From Thermoproteota archaeon (GTDB taxonomy: Archaea > Korarchaeota > Korarchaeia > B14-G2), in NCBI GenBank assembly GCA_003661385.1, contig QMWA01000002.1, forward strand, positions 1 to 46,451: a DNA stretch of 46,451 nt, in the 5' to 3' direction. The notes under the pieces were generated by a model. It saw only the letters and a list, made by a program, of their open reading frames with translations. It searched no databases and was not told the DNA's origin. The translations under genes were made by a program, and so were the position numbers. Positions 36,138 to 45,332 of this stretch are shown here, piece after piece. Position 1 is the first letter of the stretch. Every line of letters begins with the position of its first letter.

Positions 36138-37332
36138 CGACTATCTTCACCACAGCACCTGATGGAAGCGGCTCTGTCGACGGGAGCCTAACTTTCCTTA
36201 GCACATCAATCGCGTGCTTAAATGACTCACCTATCTCACTGTGTATGGCGTATGCTAGGTCTATTGGAGTAGCCCCGGGAGGCATGAGATAGACATCAGG
36301 CAGCACCCTTCCCTCCTGGTCGGATAACTTGCCTTCATTCTCCACAGGGAACACAGGCTTATACCCAAGTACATCGAATACAAGAGACTCCAACGCCTGC
36401 TGTACACCTGTGCTCCCGTAGACATCTAACACCATCCTTTTAACAGCCTTAAGCGCAGCCGCTTGAGCTGGAGTAAGCCTCGAGTGGTCCAGTATCTTGA
36501 AGGAGCTAGCACCAGGAAGGTAATCTATCAGCCCTTCTGATGAAGCCTTCTTCAATATGAGCTCAGCTTCGGCTGAAGTCGGGACGACCACATACCTCCC
36601 AGCCATAAGGCTCCTAAGCCGCTCTATGTTCCTCCTAGCAGAGGGCATGTCAGCCTTATTAGCCGCAACGACCATCGGCATGCATAGCCCCCTTAGAGCC
36701 CTGGAGAAGCTTAGTATGCTGTCATCATCCCATGTTGCTACAGCCTTCAAGTCTAGCTTAGCTCTAGCAGCAGCCTCAAGCACGCTAGACTTATCAACAG
36801 ACAAGCCAGACAACTGCGTTGCAAGCACCTGAGCCGCTTCAGCTACCGACTTTGGGGGGATGCGCCTCAGCTTGTGCATTGCCTTCTCCACTATAGAAGC
36901 CACCCAATACACAAGCTCCTCTTCAACAAGCTCCACATCTCCCTCGGGGGGATATGACCCCGGCTGAGCAGGCTCTCCATCAGGGCTGGTGGAGCCAGAG
37001 GCGTCTACCACAAGGATACTGCCAGTAGCTCTCCTGAGGTCGTCTAGGAACCTATTCCCTAGACCTCGACCTTTATGAGCTCCTGGAACTAGGCCAGCTA
37101 TGTCAAGAAGCTTAACTGGGGTAAATCTAGTTCCCCTTATACACATCCCATAGCGTGGATCACACTGAACACCTAAGTGGACACAGGGGCACTTCACCCT
37201 CACATAAGCTACACCCTCATTTGGGTTTATGGTTGTGAAAGGCCTGTTGCTGACCTCAGCTGACGCCATGCAGGCAGCATTGAAGAAGGTAGACTTCCCG
37301 ACGTTGGTCTTCCCACATACGCCGATCAGCAA
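36127..37332 (-). CDS. Obg-family translation-associated GTPase/ATPase with TGS domain (archaeal YchF-like)
   Basis: GKTNVGKST, PFTTI.PN, DIAGLVPGAH.G.GLGN.FL and NKAD motifs; TGS tail. Confidence 0.94.
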   Translation of the reverse strand: MLIGVCGKTNVGKSTFFNAACMASAEVSNRPFTTINPNEGVAYVRVKCPCVHLGVQCDPRYGMCIRGTRFTPVKLLDIAGLVPGAHKGRGLGNRFLDDLRRATGSILVVDASGSTSPDGEPAQPGSYPPEGDVELVEEELVYWVASIVEKAMHKLRRIPPKSVAEAAQVLATQLSGLSVDKSSVLEAAARAKLDLKAVATWDDDSILSFSRALRGLCMPMVVAANKADMPSARRNIERLRSLMAGRYVVVPTSAEAELILKKASSEGLIDYLPGASSFKILDHSRLTPAQAAALKAVKRMVLDVYGSTGVQQALESLVFDVLGYKPVFPVENEGKLSDQEGRVLPDVYLMPPGATPIDLAYAIHSEIGESFKHAIDVLRKVRLPSTEPLPSGAVVKIVARS

Positions 37333-37389
37333 AAGCTCACCCTTTTAAAGTAGAGCATGAGGGTTATATTAGCTAGTGGTGACCAAGCT

Positions 37390-37908
37390 ATGCCAACAGC
37401 GCTAGAAGCTACCTGGCGAAATAGGTTCAAGGATCCAGTGCTTGTGGAGCTATGGAGGAAAAGGCTTGCAGTCTGGAGAAAGCAGCCTGCAGTAGTCAGG
37501 CTGAAGGGGCCAACTAGACCAGATAAGGCTAGGAGGCTAGGATACAAGGCGAAGCAAGGGGTAATAGTAGTGAGAGTTAGAGTCAGGAAGGGAGGAAGAA
37601 GAAAGGGCAGGCCTAGAGCAGGAAGGAAGCCAGCTGGGCTGGGAGTAAGGAAGCTCACACCAGCTAAGAGCATAAGGTGGATTGCAGAAGAGAGAGCAGC
37701 AAGAAAGTACCCGAACCTCGAGGTTCTCAACTCTTACTACATAGCTGAGGATGGTAAGTACAAGTACTATGAGGTCATACTGGTAGACCCACACCACCCA
37801 GCTATAGCATCAGATCCCCAGCTCAACTGGATAACAAGGCCAGCACACAGAGGTAGAGTATTCAGAGGGCTTACAAGCGCGGGAAAAAAGAGCCGAGGAT
37901 TAAGGTAA
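37390..37908 (+). CDS. rpl15e: 50S ribosomal protein L15e
   Basis: [49 protein letters not shown] 37390 follows a GGTGA SD. Confidence 0.97.
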   Translation: MPTALEATWRNRFKDPVLVELWRKRLAVWRKQPAVVRLKGPTRPDKARRLGYKAKQGVIVVRVRVRKGGRRKGRPRAGRKPAGLGVRKLTPAKSIRWIAEERAARKYPNLEVLNSYYIAEDGKYKYYEVILVDPHHPAIASDPQLNWITRPAHRGRVFRGLTSAGKKSRGLR

Positions 37909-37909
37909 C

Positions 37910-38386
37910 ATGGCCTTTAAGCGTGCCACAATAGAGACTTATGCTTACCCAACAGAGGATCCAAGCAAGGTAAGGAAGGCCCTGCTATCCCTGATACCAG
38001 AGCACCTCAGAGAGGAAGTAAAGCTGAGACACGAGAAGCTCAGAGGGCAGTTCGGATATAGCATTGAGAAGTACACCATCACAGTGAGAGGAAGGAAAAA
38101 AGCCACTGAGGTAGCTAGAAGAATAATCCAGAGCCTGCCCAAGAAAGACCTAGAGCAGCTTCTCGAGAGAATAGACCTACATATGGATGGAGGAACCCTC
38201 TACATAAGGGTAAGCAAGCAGAAGGCACTTGAGGGAGTAATCGAACTAGAGGAAGGAGGAGACATTATAAGAGTAGTACTAGAAGGCAGCAGCAAAAGAG
38301 CAGTGATTAACGCGATCACGAGGGGAGCTCATAGAGATGAGCAGAATGAAAGGTGCCCTGATAGGATTATACGCCAGAGACTCTAA
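37910..38386 (+). CDS. DUF54 family predicted RNA-binding protein
   Basis: TED..KV.KAL, G.FG..I and LYIR.SKQ.A motifs; superoperon position. Confidence 0.85.
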   Translation: MAFKRATIETYAYPTEDPSKVRKALLSLIPEHLREEVKLRHEKLRGQFGYSIEKYTITVRGRKKATEVARRIIQSLPKKDLEQLLERIDLHMDGGTLYIRVSKQKALEGVIELEEGGDIIRVVLEGSSKRAVINAITRGAHRDEQNERCPDRIIRQRL

Positions 38387-39029
38387 GAGGATAGTAGAGC
38401 TTGCCGGCGAAGCAACAAACCTGGGGTATTCCATAGTGGCAGTGATGGCTAATACTGCAGGCTCGCTTAAAGTACTCAGAGAAGCACTGCCTGAAAGCAA
38501 GCACATAAAGCTTGGAGCCCACATAGCTTGTGTAGAAGACTGGAGGACAGAGATAGGAGAGGCCAGGAGATATGCTGACATAATAGTTGCAGAGCCTAAA
38601 AGCCTCCAAAGCTGTAGAGCTGCAACAAGCCATAGGGGAATCGACCTGATAGCTCTCAGGGTAGCGGAGAGGAAGCTGTACTTTGACGACGTCTCAGCTA
38701 GGCAAGCACAAGAAAGAGGAGCTGCAGTAATAGTGTATGTATCAGATCTATGGGGCAAGGGAACTAGAGAACTCCAATATGGCCTCAGGGTCCTGAAAAC
38801 TGAGCTTAAAATAGCATCAACTAGAAGGGTACCGGTGCTCCTGGGAGCGGAGGTGAGAACTCGCTGGGACCTCCGGAGCCCTAGAGTGCTCATGGCTTTA
38901 GCTACTGTGATGCTTAACTTGGATCCGCCGATGGCAGCCAATGCAATAACAGTATTCCCGAGGGTTATGTTGGAGAGAGGAAGGGAGCTGGCCTTGCTCA
39001 AGGTCAGGGGGGTCAGGGCTGCGGGCTAA
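38337..39029 (+). CDS. rnp3: RNase P subunit Rpp30 (divergent)
   Basis: R.A.....IDL, A....DLRSPR and P....R motifs; position between DUF54 and Pop5. Confidence 0.78.
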   Translation: MSRMKGALIGLYARDSKRIVELAGEATNLGYSIVAVMANTAGSLKVLREALPESKHIKLGAHIACVEDWRTEIGEARRYADIIVAEPKSLQSCRAATSHRGIDLIALRVAERKLYFDDVSARQAQERGAAVIVYVSDLWGKGTRELQYGLRVLKTELKIASTRRVPVLLGAEVRTRWDLRSPRVLMALATVMLNLDPPMAANAITVFPRVMLERGRELALLKVRGVRAAG

Positions 39030-39405
39030 GATCCCGATCAAGGCTAGGTGGAGAAGAAGATACATCCTCTTCAGGTACCTCGGAAAGCAGACAATAACCA
39101 CGAGAGAACTCAGCAGCCTCCTTTACAGCACAGCCCTGAGAGTAGGGGGAGTAACTATGCTATCAAGCAGCATACTAGAGCTAATTTACTTCGAGCAGGA
39201 CACTGGACTGGGAGTTCTGATGACAGACCACAAGAGCCTAGACTATGCCCTATGCACAATGGGGCTCATATCAGAGTATAGGGGATCTAGATGCAGACTG
39301 GACATAGCTAAGATAGGAAACACATTGAGATCGCTAGGGCTGAGCATAGAGCAGCTTAAGGCAGCAGCTAAGGCAGCAGCTAGGCTGGCGTTGCAGCTTC
39401 AGTAG
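39019..39405 (+). CDS. rnp2: RNase P subunit Pop5/Rpp14, probable non-canonical CTG start
   Basis: The frame of ORF 39157-39405 is open upstream and reads RWRRRYILF...G......L.LIYF...TG.G...GNTLR; position upstream of psmA. Confidence 0.8.
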   Translation: MRAKIPIKARWRRRYILFRYLGKQTITTRELSSLLYSTALRVGGVTMLSSSILELIYFEQDTGLGVLMTDHKSLDYALCTMGLISEYRGSRCRLDIAKIGNTLRSLGLSIEQLKAAAKAAARLALQLQ

Positions 39406-39450
39406 GCTTTTAAATGGCATAGCATACTACTTCAGCTAGCGGAGTGAGAG

Positions 39451-40170
39451 GTGAACCATGTGTTCCCAATGGCAGGAGGATACGACAGGGCAATAACCGT
39501 CTTCAACCCAGAGGGTAGGCTTCTACAGGTAGAGTACGCTCTGACTGCAACCAAGCAGTCAGCCATATGCTTCGGGATGAAGTGTATAGATGGGGTCATA
39601 CTTGGCGCAAGAAAGGGTGTTACCTCACCGCTAATGGAGGAAGCTGAGAAAGTCTTCAAGATAGACGAACACATAGGAGCAGTCTTCGCAGGGCTCAGAA
39701 GCGACGGAAGAGTGCTAGTGGCAAGAGGGAGGCTGGAGGCGCAGATAAACAGGCTTACATTCGGTGAGCCAATAACAGTAGAGGCTTTAGCAAACAGGAT
39801 AGCAGAGTATGAGCAAGTACACACCCAGTATGCTGGATCCAGGCCATTTGGGGTTCTAATGATAATAGGGGGAGTGGATACAAAGCCCAGGCTCATGATG
39901 ACACACCTAAGCGGCTTTTACCTCCCATATAAGGCTTATGCTGTTGGTATGGGCAGCCAGACAGCTAGACAAGTCTTCGAGGAGGAATACAGAGACGACA
40001 TGAACATAGACGACGGGATGAAGCTAGCCATAAAAGCGGTGCAGAAAGCAGCTGAGAAGAAGGTCCCACCAGACGACCTTGAGATAGCGGTGATCAGAGT
40101 AGAGGACAAGAAGTTCACGAGATTGACACCGGAGGAGGTGAAGAAGTACTTTAGAGCAGCAGGGTACTGA
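39451..40170 (+). CDS. psmA: proteasome alpha subunit
   Basis: YDRAITVF.PEGRL.QVEYA, GL.SDGR.L and RPFGV motifs. Confidence 0.97.
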   Translation: MNHVFPMAGGYDRAITVFNPEGRLLQVEYALTATKQSAICFGMKCIDGVILGARKGVTSPLMEEAEKVFKIDEHIGAVFAGLRSDGRVLVARGRLEAQINRLTFGEPITVEALANRIAEYEQVHTQYAGSRPFGVLMIIGGVDTKPRLMMTHLSGFYLPYKAYAVGMGSQTARQVFEEEYRDDMNIDDGMKLAIKAVQKAAEKKVPPDDLEIAVIRVEDKKFTRLTPEEVKKYFRAAGY

Positions 40171-40180
40171 GGGGGCGCTT

Positions 40181-40858
40181 GTGACAGAAGCCATAATCGC
40201 TAGAATCAGGAGAGGAAGACACCGCTTCGAGATACTTGTGAAGCCAAATGAAGCCTACAAGGTGCTAGAGAGGAAGCCAGTGGACATAAAGGAGGCTCTA
40301 GTGGCTGAGATAGTATACAAGGATTCCAAAAAGGGGATCCAAGCCTCCCAAAGCGAGCTCAAAGAAGGCTTCGGCACAGATGACATCTACAAGATAGCAG
40401 AGACCATACTCAAAAAAGGAGAAATACAGATAACAACAGAGTATAGAAGAGAGCTTATCGAAAGAAGAAAGAGGCAGATAATCGACTATCTGTGCACTTA
40501 TAGCGTAGACCCGAGGACAAACAAGCCACACCCAAGAGCGAGGATAGAGAAAGCACTGGAGCAAGCTAAAGTCAGGATAGACCCATTTAAACCAGCAGAA
40601 GAGCAGGTAAAAGACATACTGCCAGCACTATCCCAGGTGATACCCCTTAAGGTAGGCAGGACAGTGATTAAAGCCAGGTTCCCAGCCTCAACAGCAGCCA
40701 AAGCCAGAGGAATCTTAGGCAGGTACGGTGATGTAAGGTTTGAGGAATGGCTAGAAGACGGAAGCCTGCAGCTAGAGGTGGAGATCCCATCAGGGCTCTC
40801 AACCAAGGTAATAGAGCTGGTAAGTAAGATGAACGGTGAGATAATCCATGCCAAGTAG
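40181..40858 (+). CDS. ribosome maturation factor SBDS/Sdo1
   Basis: FEILV, FGTDD, GEIQIT.EYR and DPRT..PHP..RIE.A motifs. Confidence 0.96.
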   Translation: MTEAIIARIRRGRHRFEILVKPNEAYKVLERKPVDIKEALVAEIVYKDSKKGIQASQSELKEGFGTDDIYKIAETILKKGEIQITTEYRRELIERRKRQIIDYLCTYSVDPRTNKPHPRARIEKALEQAKVRIDPFKPAEEQVKDILPALSQVIPLKVGRTVIKARFPASTAAKARGILGRYGDVRFEEWLEDGSLQLEVEIPSGLSTKVIELVSKMNGEIIHAK

Positions 40859-41543
40859 CAGAAAAATCCTCTTCGAGAACAGGAGCATAGTAGTGCCAGG
40901 CGAGGTTGTAGCGATCGGAAACTACAAGCTGAGCACAGGAGTATTCAGAGAAAGAGATGCCGTGAAAGCAAGCAAAGTAGGGCTACTAGACGTCAAAGGA
41001 GATAAGATAGGTGTGATCCCCCTTGAAGGAAGCTATATACCATCAGTAGGCGACGAGGTGATAGGAAAGGTCATAGATGAAGGAGTAAACATGTACCTAG
41101 TAGAGATTAAAGCCCCCTACAATGGAGTCCTACTCAAGAAGATCCAGCCAGATAAGCCTACTAAAGGAGAGCTAAGGATAGGAGAGACAGTAATGGCTAA
41201 AATCATAAGGTTTGATAGGGGAGCCAACCCGCTCCTGAGCATAGACGGGCCAGGGCTAGGTCCACTTAGAAAAGGCATGATACTTGAGGTAGAGCCCAGC
41301 AAGGTCCCAAGGATAATAGGAAAGAAGGGATCAATGATAAAGATGCTCAAGGAGCTAACTGGCTGCGATATAAGAGTAGGAAGAAATGGGCTAGTATGGG
41401 TGTCCTGCAAAGACCCCAGGATCCTAGCGGTCTTAGCTAAGGCCATAAGAAAGATAGAGCTGGAATCACATGTCTCAGGTCTAAGCGACAGAGTTAAAGC
41501 AATGCTCGAAGAGGAGTTAACTAAGGTGAGAGAGGGGAGCTAG
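40848..41543 (+). CDS. rrp4: exosome subunit Rrp4
   Basis: VVPGE, YIP.VGD.VIG and KVPRIIGKKGSM motifs. Confidence 0.96.
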   Translation: MPSSRKILFENRSIVVPGEVVAIGNYKLSTGVFRERDAVKASKVGLLDVKGDKIGVIPLEGSYIPSVGDEVIGKVIDEGVNMYLVEIKAPYNGVLLKKIQPDKPTKGELRIGETVMAKIIRFDRGANPLLSIDGPGLGPLRKGMILEVEPSKVPRIIGKKGSMIKMLKELTGCDIRVGRNGLVWVSCKDPRILAVLAKAIRKIELESHVSGLSDRVKAMLEEELTKVREGS

Positions 41544-42305
41544 TTGTCCATTTTTATAGAAAAACCTCCCGAAAAGCTAATCGATGAAGACGGCACGCGA
41601 ATAGACGGCAGGAAACCTGATGAAATGAGGCCGGTAAGGATAGAAGTTGGAATACTCGAGAATGCTGATGGTTCAGCTTACATAGAGTGGGGAGGAAATA
41701 GGATCCTCGCAGCAGTCTACGGGCCAAGAGAACTACACCCAAAGCACCTAGCTCAGCCGGACAAGGCCGTGTTGAGATGCAGATATAACATGGCTCCGTT
41801 CTCGACATCAACCAGGAAGAAGCCTGGGCCAGACAGGAGGAGCATAGAGCTCTCAAAGGTCATCAGAGAAGCCTTAGAGCCAAGCCTGTTCCTCCACGAG
41901 TTCCCAGGAACTACAATAGATGTGTTCGTTGAGGTACTTAGGTCAGATGCAGGAACTAGAGTAGCAGGGACGACAGCAGCATCCGTAGCCCTAGCAGACG
42001 CAGGAATCCCCATGAGAGGGCTCGTCTCAGCATGCACAGTCGGAAGAGTGGGGGATGTACTCGTCCTAGATGTAGGGCATGAGGAAGACCAGTGGGGAGA
42101 CGCTGACCTAGCGCTCTCCATGCTAGTAGACTACAATGAGATAACACTTCTCCAAATGGATGGGACGCTCACACCACAGCAGCTCAAGCAAGCCATAGGC
42201 ATGGCCATGGACGCCTGCAAGAAGATACATGAGCTGCAGAAGCAGGCTATAAGAGAGAAGTACTTGAAAATCGTGAGGGAGATCGCAGGTGAGACCAGCA
42301 CATAG
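41544..42305 (+). CDS. rrp41: exosome catalytic subunit Rrp41
   Basis: RIDGR, ADGSA, YGPRE.HP, YNMAPFS, DAGTR and EED..GDAD motifs. Confidence 0.97.
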   Translation: MSIFIEKPPEKLIDEDGTRIDGRKPDEMRPVRIEVGILENADGSAYIEWGGNRILAAVYGPRELHPKHLAQPDKAVLRCRYNMAPFSTSTRKKPGPDRRSIELSKVIREALEPSLFLHEFPGTTIDVFVEVLRSDAGTRVAGTTAASVALADAGIPMRGLVSACTVGRVGDVLVLDVGHEEDQWGDADLALSMLVDYNEITLLQMDGTLTPQQLKQAIGMAMDACKKIHELQKQAIREKYLKIVREIAGETST

Positions 42306-43143
42306 GCGTGTAATATCACTCTTAAAGAAGGAGTACATAAAGACCATAATCAAGGAAGACAAGATTAGAGAAGATGGAAGGCACCCACTGGACTACAGGA
42401 AGATCGAAATCAAGGCAAGAGGAGGGTTCACGAAGGGAGAAGGTGAGGCATGGGTCAGGCTAGGAAGGACACAGGTGCTAGCAGGAGTGAAGATAGATGT
42501 AGGAGACCCATACCCAGATTCACCTGACACAGGTGTGCTAATAACCCATGAGGAGCCGCTTCCACTGGCATCACCTACATTCGAGCCAGGGCCACCAGAT
42601 GAGAACGCAATAGAGCTCGCTAGGGTAGTGGATAGAGGAATAAGAAGCGCCGAGGCAGTAGACTTAAAGCAGCTTGTAATACCACACCCCACTGATCCAG
42701 GTAGGAATAAGGTATACCTCATCTTCCTGGATATACATATACTAGACCACGATGGAAACCTACAAGATGCATCAGCACTAGCTGGAATAGCTGCGCTAAT
42801 GACCACAGTGATACCTGAGGTCAAGATGACAGAGGATGGGAAGCTCGAGGCAAACTTAGAGAAGCTTAAGCCCCTGCCAACGAAGGCCATACCAGTCAGC
42901 GTGACCATAGCCAAGATCGGAGACACCTTAATAGTCGACCCCAACCTCACAGAAGAGGAAGTAGCAGATTCCAGAATAACAATAACAGTGGATGACCATA
43001 ATAGAGTCTGTGCCATCCAGATGCTTGGAGGAAGCTTCACGCCAGCAGAGCTAGAGCTTGCTATAGACATAGCAACAGTTAAAAGTAGGGAGCTTATAGA
43101 GAAGGTCAAAGCTGCAGTAAAAGAGGCTGAAGCGAATGCCTAA
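42289..43143 (+). CDS. rrp42: exosome subunit Rrp42
   Basis: R.DGR...YR, FEPGPPDENAIELARVVDRGIR, DHDGN..DA and DP...EE motifs. Confidence 0.97.
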   Translation: MRPAHRRVISLLKKEYIKTIIKEDKIREDGRHPLDYRKIEIKARGGFTKGEGEAWVRLGRTQVLAGVKIDVGDPYPDSPDTGVLITHEEPLPLASPTFEPGPPDENAIELARVVDRGIRSAEAVDLKQLVIPHPTDPGRNKVYLIFLDIHILDHDGNLQDASALAGIAALMTTVIPEVKMTEDGKLEANLEKLKPLPTKAIPVSVTIAKIGDTLIVDPNLTEEEVADSRITITVDDHNRVCAIQMLGGSFTPAELELAIDIATVKSRELIEKVKAAVKEAEANA

Positions 43144-43375
43144 GATAATCAAGGCCCCCAGATATGGTAAGACCGTCAGAGACAGGTACAATGAGGCGGT
43201 TAGGAAAGCTAAGGCAACGTATGAGTGCCCAAGATGCAGAATGAAGAGAGTAAGACAAGTGATGGCAGGAATCTGGAGGTGCAGAAAATGCGGAGCAACA
43301 TTCACAGGAGGAGCATGGACCCCTAGAACAGACATGGGGTCTGAGAGAAGAGTGCTGCCACCAAGCGCAAAATGA
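43136..43375 (+). CDS. rpl37ae: 50S ribosomal protein L37Ae (eL43)
   Basis: RYG...R, Y.CPRC and GIWRC.KCG..F.GGAW.P motifs. Confidence 0.95.
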   Translation: MPKIIKAPRYGKTVRDRYNEAVRKAKATYECPRCRMKRVRQVMAGIWRCRKCGATFTGGAWTPRTDMGSERRVLPPSAK

Positions 43376-43947
43376 TCCTGATAACAACATCTAGAAGACC
43401 AACCCAAAGGATAAGAAGCTTCATAAAAGACCTAGCCAGATCAATACCGAATGCAGTCAAGAGAAACAGAGGCAAAGCTTCCACTGAAGACCTCTGCATC
43501 GAAGCTGTCGCAAGAGGACTACCCAGAGTGCTTATAGTGGAGAGATGGAAAGGAAACCCAGGAATGCTGAGGTTTATCCTAGCAGCACCAAGACTATGTG
43601 AACAGATAAGAATAGCATTCATACTGAAGGGAATAACCCTATCGAGGGAAATAGGGCTGAAAAGCAGGAGGAAAACAGACAAAAGAGAACTCATCATAGC
43701 AGCCCCATCTAACGCAGGCAAAGAGAGCCAAACCCTATGTGAAGAACTCGCTTTTTGCCTAGGAGAGCACATAGCAGTCGAGCACATAAACATAAGCAGG
43801 AAGCCAGAGGGATATGAGGAGTACTCCGTGCTCGCTCTGACAGCATGGAATCAAGGCTGGAAATTCACCTTCTACGATGGGGAGACCTGGGATGAGACCG
43901 GCCCAAGGTTCACAATCAAAGGGGTTTGGACCTTTGGTAAGGCTTAG
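43372..43947 (+). CDS. Brix domain ribosome biogenesis protein
   Basis: ITTSRRPT.R.RSF.KDL, NRGK, WKGNPG and GP motifs. Confidence 0.92.
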   Translation: MILITTSRRPTQRIRSFIKDLARSIPNAVKRNRGKASTEDLCIEAVARGLPRVLIVERWKGNPGMLRFILAAPRLCEQIRIAFILKGITLSREIGLKSRRKTDKRELIIAAPSNAGKESQTLCEELAFCLGEHIAVEHINISRKPEGYEEYSVLALTAWNQGWKFTFYDGETWDETGPRFTIKGVWTFGKA

Positions 43948-44308
43948 AGCCGAGATAAAGCTTGAGGGGAGGCCTCAGGAGGTCAAAGCGATTAAAGCCG
44001 CGCTTAAGCCTGAAGTAAACAGGATGGGTATCCGAGGAGCTGAAATCAAGATGCTAGAGTCGGAAAGAGAGGTTATAATCGTGATAGAGAGCAGTAGCCT
44101 GACGAAAACGAGAGCTGTCTTGGACTCAATCATCAAGTGGAGCATAATAGTTTTAAAGACATATAATGCCCTGACGAAAGCTGCGGTGAGCCCCTTTGGG
44201 CACACTAGAGGAGAAAATATCAGCAGCAATACTAAAGAACCCAAGCTCCCTGAAGATACTCAGGAAGAAGGCAGGAGTAACACAAAGGGAGCTAGCCAGA
44301 GAAGTTAA
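43934..44308 (+). CDS. KEOPS subunit Pcc1-like protein with C-terminal extension
   Basis: AEI......I..AL.PE and I.I.S......RA..DS...W pattern; position after Brix; TTG start inferred. Confidence 0.75.
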   Translation: MVRLRAEIKLEGRPQEVKAIKAALKPEVNRMGIRGAEIKMLESEREVIIVIESSSLTKTRAVLDSIIKWSIIVLKTYNALTKAAVSPFGHTRGENISSNTKEPKLPEDTQEEGRSNTKGASQRS

Positions 44309-44789
44309 CGTATCACAGAGCTTGATAAGCAAGATAGAGAGAGGAAGGACGACGCCTTCACCAGGTCTTCTATCTGAGATATCCAAGATAATAGCTAGCA
44401 AGCTCCAAAGCATAGAGATAAGAGCAAGCGATATCATGGGAGATCTAACTGAGGTAGATCCATCAGACAGCTTAGATAAGGTATGTGAGCTGCTCCTAAA
44501 GGGGAAGAGAGTAATCCTCGGGAGAAAGTGCATAACGCATAGGTCCTTGATCAAAGCTGCAATAGAAAACCCAGAGACACCACTGACTGCGATACCAGCA
44601 ATAGACGCAGCAGAGGAAGCAGCTCTGGTAGAGGAGGACGAGCCGGTTATGAGGATAGCAGAGCTGCTATTGAAAAACGAGGTAGTAGCAGTGGCTAGAG
44701 GGGAAATTATAGTGGGTATCATAACGAGAGAGGATGTAGTGAAGGCAATAAGGAAGTTTATGGGGATACCAGCTAAGGGTGGAATATGA
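44196..44789 (+). CDS. XRE-HTH plus CBS domain regulator
   Basis: LRKKAGVTQRELA....VSQSLISKIE.G...P, then A.DIM and VGIITREDV. Confidence 0.9.
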   Translation: MGTLEEKISAAILKNPSSLKILRKKAGVTQRELAREVNVSQSLISKIERGRTTPSPGLLSEISKIIASKLQSIEIRASDIMGDLTEVDPSDSLDKVCELLLKGKRVILGRKCITHRSLIKAAIENPETPLTAIPAIDAAEEAALVEEDEPVMRIAELLLKNEVVAVARGEIIVGIITREDVVKAIRKFMGIPAKGGI

Positions 44790-45331
44790 AGGCAGCTGGA
44801 ATAGATCTCACTGGATCGGAGAGCAAAGCAACCTCAATTGCAATAGTCTCAGGCGGCAAGATCAGGCTTTACAGGGCTACAGCAGATCATGAAATCATAG
44901 AAGTGGTATCCAGAGAGAAGCCAGACGTAATTGCCATAGACGCCCCCCTAACCAAGCCACACGAAGGGTATCTCAGGAAACTAGAGAGAAAAGCCGCCAA
45001 AGAAGGCATCAAGCTGCTTCCACCGATGCTAAGAGGGATGAGAAAGCTCACAGAGAGAGGAGTAAGGCTTAGAAGAGCCCTAGAAGAGAGGGGATTCAAC
45101 GTAATAGAAGTTCACCCCACATCTAGCAGAAAGATCCTGGGAATCTCAGGCAGCTTAGAAGAGGCTTGGAAGAACGCGCTCGGCATAGCTAAGGTGAGCA
45201 CCTCACCCGATATAAAGCCCAGCAGAGACGACTTAGATGCCCTTCTGGCAGCAATCACTGGAATATACTACCTAAAGGGTAAGTATAGGTCAATTAAGGG
45301 AGAGGGAGAGCTTATACTCCCATCACCATAG
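44786..45331 (+). CDS. DUF429 family predicted RNase H-fold nuclease
   Basis: GIDL, IAIDAPL, IEVHP and D..DA motifs. Confidence 0.88.
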   Translation: MKAAGIDLTGSESKATSIAIVSGGKIRLYRATADHEIIEVVSREKPDVIAIDAPLTKPHEGYLRKLERKAAKEGIKLLPPMLRGMRKLTERGVRLRRALEERGFNVIEVHPTSSRKILGISGSLEEAWKNALGIAKVSTSPDIKPSRDDLDALLAAITGIYYLKGKYRSIKGEGELILPSP

Positions 45332-45332
45332 C

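Noticed and set aside
42675..42715. Short insertion in Rrp42 (HPTDPGRN) as a possible in-frame intron
   Set aside because: No BHB pairing found; it is probably a variable surface loop
42393..43109. Long antisense ORFs (also 38279-39001, 44153-44722, 34034-34537 and others)
   Set aside because: Ser/Leu/Phe-rich shadows of purine-rich real genes on the opposite strand, with no motifs
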